DNA of 10,127 nucleotides from a virus: UHGV virus genome UHGV-0213869; one strand, 5' to 3'. Shown piece by piece: positions 6,518 to 10,127 of this stretch (position 1 is its first letter; each line of letters starts with the position of its first letter). The notes under the pieces were generated by a model. It saw only the letters and a program-made list of their open reading frames with translations, ran no database searches and was not told where the DNA came from. The position numbers and the translations under genes were made by a program.

Positions 6518-7852
6518 ATGTTTAGCTTAATCATGGCCGGAGAACCGGACGTTTTTGACCGCTGGCCGTGTATGGACCCTGAGCTTAAAGAAGGCAAGGA
6601 AAGCTTCTCGATGTCCCGCATGCTGGAAGGCACCCCAAGCAATATTTACAGAAAATTAACACCAATAAGACCCGATACCTTAAGAGTACTCGCCAAGCTA
6701 CCGGTGTTGTTCATGACCGAAATTTATACAAAAGATGATGAATATGATACAAACAAGTACATCAGGATCAGGCTTGGGGAAATAAGAAATTTACGTAAAG
6801 ATGGTGGCGATATTTTATTTTCTTTCAAGATTAATCATGATTTTGGAGAAATAACGAATCCCCAAACGACATTATATAAAGAAACCCTAGGACTAGGATC
6901 TTTCGGGTTAAGTCGTACACATTGGGCAGTAAAAAATAAGGATTTGAATATTGTTCTGGAATTACTTGGTTTAAACAAAAAAAATAGCCATCTGAAAGGT
7001 ACAATCAAATTAAAAAAACAAACATACCCAGTAGTCGAGAATATTATAGATTATCTTAATTTCATTAAGAAAAACTTTCGTGATGGTCTCATTACCTTCT
7101 ATCGTGGACACTCTAAAAGCTCATATGAGCTTGTCCCCTCTCTTTACAGAAAAAATCAAAACGGGACGTACAGGCATCTTGCTTCAGAATCTGATTTAGT
7201 ACGTGAAATACTCAGCGCAAGACCAAATGAATTTAAGGAGGATAAATTTACGATTGATAAACTTGTCCGCATGCAGCATTATGGCTTGCCTACAAGACTC
7301 TTAGACATTACATCTAACCCACTGATAGCATTATATTTTGCTTGCTGTTCGAACCCCGATGAAAACGGACAGGTGATTGCGTTTTCAACAAACAGAAAGA
7401 AAATTAAATATTTCGACTCAGACACAGTGAGCTGTATAGCAAACTTATCACTTTTATCTTACGAAGAGTTGGAAAAATTGTCTTCCATTGATGCCAGAAA
7501 AGGTAGTATGGAGTTACCTGAACTCACTGATAAACTTGCAGACCTTATACAGAATGAAAAATCATATTTCAGAAACAGAATAATCCCTGATGACTTAAAG
7601 AAAGTTGTTTTCCTTAAGGCAAAAATAAATAATGAACGCATACAATCTCAGGCAGGAGCTTTTCTTCTGTTCGGACTTGATCCCATTTTACCGGAAACAG
7701 ATGCTGAGTTTCCTCTTAACAGAGTGGAGATAGCGAACAAAAATAAAATTCTGGAAGAGCTGGCACAGCTTAATATATCCGAAAGCACTGTATATCCCAG
7801 CATGGAGAAAACGGCAGCAGAAATTACAAAAAAGTTTTTATCGGTATCATAA
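6518..7852 (+). CDS. Cargo (moron) protein of 444 aa in the Z/fun position between G and FI; central and C-terminal part carries FRG-domain-like motifs; candidate anti-phage defence or abortive-infection protein
   Basis: Long ORF with a strong RBS, convergent to the late operons. GC is about 33-35% against about 55% in flanking tail genes. Motifs FYRGHSKSSYELVPSLYR (about 7097-7150), QHYGLPTRLLDITSNPLIALYFAC (about 7274-7345) and QSQAGAFLLFG (about 7646-7678) resemble the FRG domain family (Pfam PF08867) as I recall it. No search was run. Confidence 0.8.
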   Translation: MFSLIMAGEPDVFDRWPCMDPELKEGKESFSMSRMLEGTPSNIYRKLTPIRPDTLRVLAKLPVLFMTEIYTKDDEYDTNKYIRIRLGEIRNLRKDGGDILFSFKINHDFGEITNPQTTLYKETLGLGSFGLSRTHWAVKNKDLNIVLELLGLNKKNSHLKGTIKLKKQTYPVVENIIDYLNFIKKNFRDGLITFYRGHSKSSYELVPSLYRKNQNGTYRHLASESDLVREILSARPNEFKEDKFTIDKLVRMQHYGLPTRLLDITSNPLIALYFACCSNPDENGQVIAFSTNRKKIKYFDSDTVSCIANLSLLSYEELEKLSSIDARKGSMELPELTDKLADLIQNEKSYFRNRIIPDDLKKVVFLKAKINNERIQSQAGAFLLFGLDPILPETDAEFPLNRVEIANKNKILEELAQLNISESTVYPSMEKTAAEITKKFLSVS

Positions 7853-7878
7853 AGGGATAAACTAAAGGAAACGAAAAC

Positions 7879-7894
7879 TAAGACTGCGCAGTCT
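7879..7894 (-). terminator. Perfect 16-bp palindrome AAGACTGCGCAGTCTT; on the minus strand it is followed by a U-rich tract, so it is a likely terminator for transcripts coming from H-G
   Basis: Minus-strand sequence 3' of the hairpin is AGTTTTCGTTTCCTTTAGTTT. It lies 24 nt after the cargo stop codon and 190 nt after the G stop. Confidence 0.55.
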
Positions 7895-8006
7895 TCAGGT
7901 GGAAGTACTCATCGGGAACGGTTTCAGGGGCAAAAACTGGAAGCTCCAATGGCCTTGAGCTGCTCCCTATAAATTAACATATCTCAATGTTATCAATGTC
8001 TGCTTT

Positions 8007-8048
8007 TGGCACAGAGCGGACTGTCAGATTAGGCTTTACTCTGTGCCA
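8007..8048. repeat. Inverted repeat TGGCACAGAG / CTCTGTGCCA (10-bp arms, 22-nt spacer) in the G-to-cargo intergenic region
   Basis: Arms at 8007-8016 and 8039-8048 are exact reverse complements. There is no U-tract after the stem on either strand. Confidence 0.6.
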
Positions 8049-8082
8049 TAGATATGTAAGCTCACACCAGAGCTCATGCAAC

Positions 8083-8610
8083 TTATTGCGGCATTTCCGG
8101 CCATTCAGGATTTGCAGGATCCACACGGCTGACCAGAACGCTGTAGCGTTCCCATGACTCCAGTCGTGCGCGCTCCTCATCCGTCGCCATATTCAGCCTG
8201 ACGGCGCGTTCCAGCGGCTGGATAACTGATTCAGCTTCGGAAAGTAACGCGGCCTTTTGTGATTCGGCCTGTTGTTGCTGTTCGTCTGCCGTATAAATCC
8301 GCTTAATCACGGCACCATCCTTAAACATCCATTTACCTGAGTCATCAGCACGTCGGTTGGAGGTAATATCAGGAACCTCGACAACGCTGAAACCTTCAGG
8401 GTTAAGCGTTGAAGCATCTCTGGTGATGCCGACAATTATATTATTCTCGTCGTAAACAATCTTTATCGTGTCTTCCTGAAAATTACTTACTTCCTCATAC
8501 CAGTTTTTTCCGTCCTCAGAGTAAAGCCAGATAACTCCGTGTTTCTTTGTTAACTCATACTGTTCCAGTGTTTTAGCGTTACCCGCTTTTATGTTCTTTA
8601 AGTGCATCAT
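8083..8610 (-). CDS. G: Tail fiber assembly protein G (P2 gpG), 175 aa
   Basis: 175-aa [44 protein letters not shown]...[30 protein letters not shown]; same length as P2 G; its start lies 1 nt after the H stop. Confidence 0.93.
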   Translation of the reverse strand: MMHLKNIKAGNAKTLEQYELTKKHGVIWLYSEDGKNWYEEVSNFQEDTIKIVYDENNIIVGITRDASTLNPEGFSVVEVPDITSNRRADDSGKWMFKDGAVIKRIYTADEQQQQAESQKAALLSEAESVIQPLERAVRLNMATDEERARLESWERYSVLVSRVDPANPEWPEMPQ

Positions 8611-8611
8611 A

Positions 8612-9943
8612 TTAAACGCTCGCTACATTATACCAGGTGCCATTTATATACTTTTGGACGGGTCTGTAATAAACACCCGCTATATTATCGGCAGAGTTGG
8701 AACCTGTATCCTGAACATTAATACCAGACAATACATGACCTGATGGGCACTGGAAATTCCATGTTTGCCAGTTGTTCACTCCATAATATTGCTGTGAACC
8801 AAGTCGAACATCTTTCACATATCTGGAATCAAAATTGCCATAGTTGCCGGGAATAACTTGCGAACCACAAAGCCAGTTACCGTTATTATCCATGTATGCC
8901 TGACCATCGGTGCCATTGGCTGTCCTTGAGTTATTAATCATGTAGATGCCAAATTGCTTATTTCCCAGACCGCCAATCATAAATTTGCGGTCGGCATGGT
9001 CCTGACGGAGCAAAGCCTGAGCACCATCAGTGGATACCGCATTACGTCCAAAAATAACATTCTGGTCACGCATATGAATCCACATGCCTGTGCTGCTGTT
9101 AATTGCAAGGCGGTTTGCGTACACCCATGCGTTAGTTGTTATATCTCCTGTAACATCCAGAGCGTGCCCCATAGTTATGCGACCAGTTCTGAGATTCAAC
9201 GAAAAGGGGCGTAGTGGCCCGATATCACCATTTTCCCCCTCATTCTCTCGTGTGGGGATAATATGCAGGCATTCTTCAGAACGGCGAAAAATAGCACCAA
9301 AGGATGAATTAAAGATTCTCAGTGCATTGACTGTCGATATTTTTACTTCACTGCTGAAAAGGGCTTTAACAAGGACAGACAAAGCATCCCATTTAAGATT
9401 CATCAGGTCTTTTGTTGTGGTGCCCTGACGGCTTCTCCATTTGAAATATTCATTGCCGTTGTCGCCTGTTTCAAACCACATGTATGAATCAGTGTCACCA
9501 TCGGCATCATTTTTAAATCCAATCTTCGCCCAGTCAGTATTTCGAATCCAGGCAAGGATTGAGTCGTTTTCAAAAGTAAGTCCACCGGACAAGGTATCGC
9601 CATTTTTTTGCACGGCGTTCCCGGCTCGGTTTACCGTTTCCTGTAAACCGAGATATTCGATAACGGCGGCAACGGTCGATTTAGCCAGAATATCCCGCCC
9701 GACTTTTGTCAGGGTCGCCAGGCTGGCAACATCATTCCCCGTAAAATACGGAAACCTGTCTGCCGCAGTAGCAAGCCCCGCCAGCGCCGTCAAAGTGGCA
9801 TCTTTCGGTTGCTTACCCGCAAGCGCATTAGTCATGGTGGTAGCAAAATTCGGGTCATTGCCCAGCGCCGCCGCCAGCTCGTTCAGCGTATTCAGTGCGT
9901 CAGGCGACGAGTCTACAAGGGCGGCAATCGCGGCCATAACGAA
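8612..9943 (-). CDS. H: Tail fiber protein H (P2 gpH-like), C-terminal two thirds only; the frame is closed by a stop at 9953-9955 just upstream, so the N-terminal domain is missing on this strand
   Basis: Translation ..[80 protein letters not shown]...[17 protein letters not shown] matches P2 gpH from about residue 300 to the C-terminus; the C-terminal receptor-binding part is divergent. Confidence 0.88.
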   Translation of the reverse strand, partial: FVMAAIAALVDSSPDALNTLNELAAALGNDPNFATTMTNALAGKQPKDATLTALAGLATAADRFPYFTGNDVASLATLTKVGRDILAKSTVAAVIEYLGLQETVNRAGNAVQKNGDTLSGGLTFENDSILAWIRNTDWAKIGFKNDADGDTDSYMWFETGDNGNEYFKWRSRQGTTTKDLMNLKWDALSVLVKALFSSEVKISTVNALRIFNSSFGAIFRRSEECLHIIPTRENEGENGDIGPLRPFSLNLRTGRITMGHALDVTGDITTNAWVYANRLAINSSTGMWIHMRDQNVIFGRNAVSTDGAQALLRQDHADRKFMIGGLGNKQFGIYMINNSRTANGTDGQAYMDNNGNWLCGSQVIPGNYGNFDSRYVKDVRLGSQQYYGVNNWQTWNFQCPSGHVLSGINVQDTGSNSADNIAGVYYRPVQKYINGTWYNVASV

Positions 9944-10127
9944 ATTACTCAGTTAAGCAATGCGACCAACAGCACGTCTGAAACACTGGCCGCAACGCCG
10001 AAAGCGGTTAAGGCCGCATATGACCTTGCTAACGGGAAATATACCGCACAGGACGCTACCACAGCGCGAAAAGGTCTTGTCCAGCTAAGTAGTGCGACCA
10101 ACAGCATGTCTGAAACGCTCGCCGCAA
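9944..10127 (+). pseudogene. H: Fragment of tail fiber gene H (repeat region, about residues 195-250) encoded on the plus strand, opposite to the H C-terminal part; runs off the window
   Basis: Plus-strand translation TQLSNATNSTSETLAATPKAVKAAYDLANGKYTAQDATTARKGLVQLSSATNSMSETLAA matches the tandem SSATNSTSETLAATPKAVK repeats that precede FVMAAIAAL in P2 gpH. Confidence 0.75.
9950..10127 (+). repeat. Intragenic direct repeat of tail fiber H: units of about 46 bp at 9950-9995 and 10082-10127, period about 132 bp
   Basis: Both units encode Q-L-S-(N/S)-A-T-N-S-(T/M)-S-E-T-L-A-A with about 80% nucleotide identity. Confidence 0.7.

Larger units (their letters stand above)
1..10127 (-). mobile_element. 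P2-like (Peduovirus-type) prophage, late/tail gene module, partial; gene order H-G-cargo-FI-FII-E/E'-T-U-D on the minus strand
   Basis: Translations of the minus-strand ORFs match, from memory, P2 tail proteins in the canonical P2 order and with P2 lengths. Coding density is high, with coupled stop/start overlaps (TAATG at the U/D junction, 809-813). No search was run. Confidence 0.9.

Noticed and set aside
7974-8180. Minus-strand 68-aa ORF overlapping the 3' end of G
   Set aside because: Out-of-frame overlap with the well-supported G gene, and it crosses the 8007-8048 inverted repeat; judged spurious.
9441-9956. Plus-strand 171-aa ORF overlapping tail fiber H
   Set aside because: Antisense of the H C-terminal coding region; it ends at the stop that also marks the orientation breakpoint; no recognisable protein similarity.
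9938-10127. Mu G-segment-like invertase-driven tail fiber switch as the explanation for the H orientation break
   Set aside because: No recombinase gene, no alternative tail fiber assembly gene and no crossover-site inverted repeats in the window, and the same type of break occurs in T and D, which are not invertase targets. Kept only as a possibility to test beyond the window edge.
1-10127. CRISPR arrays, tRNA or rRNA genes, integrase or transposase genes, attachment sites
   Set aside because: No periodic direct repeats with unique spacers, no cloverleaf-like tRNA candidates, and no ORF with recombinase-like sequence. The window is internal to the prophage, so att sites are not expected.

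Overview
The window is the late/tail-gene module of a P2-like (Peduovirus-type) prophage of an enterobacterial host, with the tail genes on the minus strand in the canonical P2 order H-G-[cargo]-FI-FII-E/E'-T-U-D (reading from high to low coordinates). Gene identities rest on recalled similarity of the translations to phage P2 proteins and on exact length matches (FI 396 aa, FII 172, E 91, U 159, G 175, T pieces summing to 815); no search was run. Between G and FI, the position of the P2 Z/fun moron, sits one AT-rich plus-strand gene (6518..7852, 444 aa) with its own RBS, bracketed by terminator hairpins that face the late operons. Its product carries motifs I recall as typical of the FRG domain family and is the best candidate for an undescribed single-gene anti-phage or abortive-infection protein. 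Three structural tail genes are interrupted by orientation breakpoints: D near 494, T at about 2906-2914 and 3238-3240, and H near 9943. The cargo gene and FI, FII, E, U and G are intact. As written, the tail module cannot encode complete T, D or H, which points to either a degraded prophage retaining its cargo or an assembly or amplification chimera. No tRNA, rRNA, CRISPR array or integrase/transposase gene was seen.
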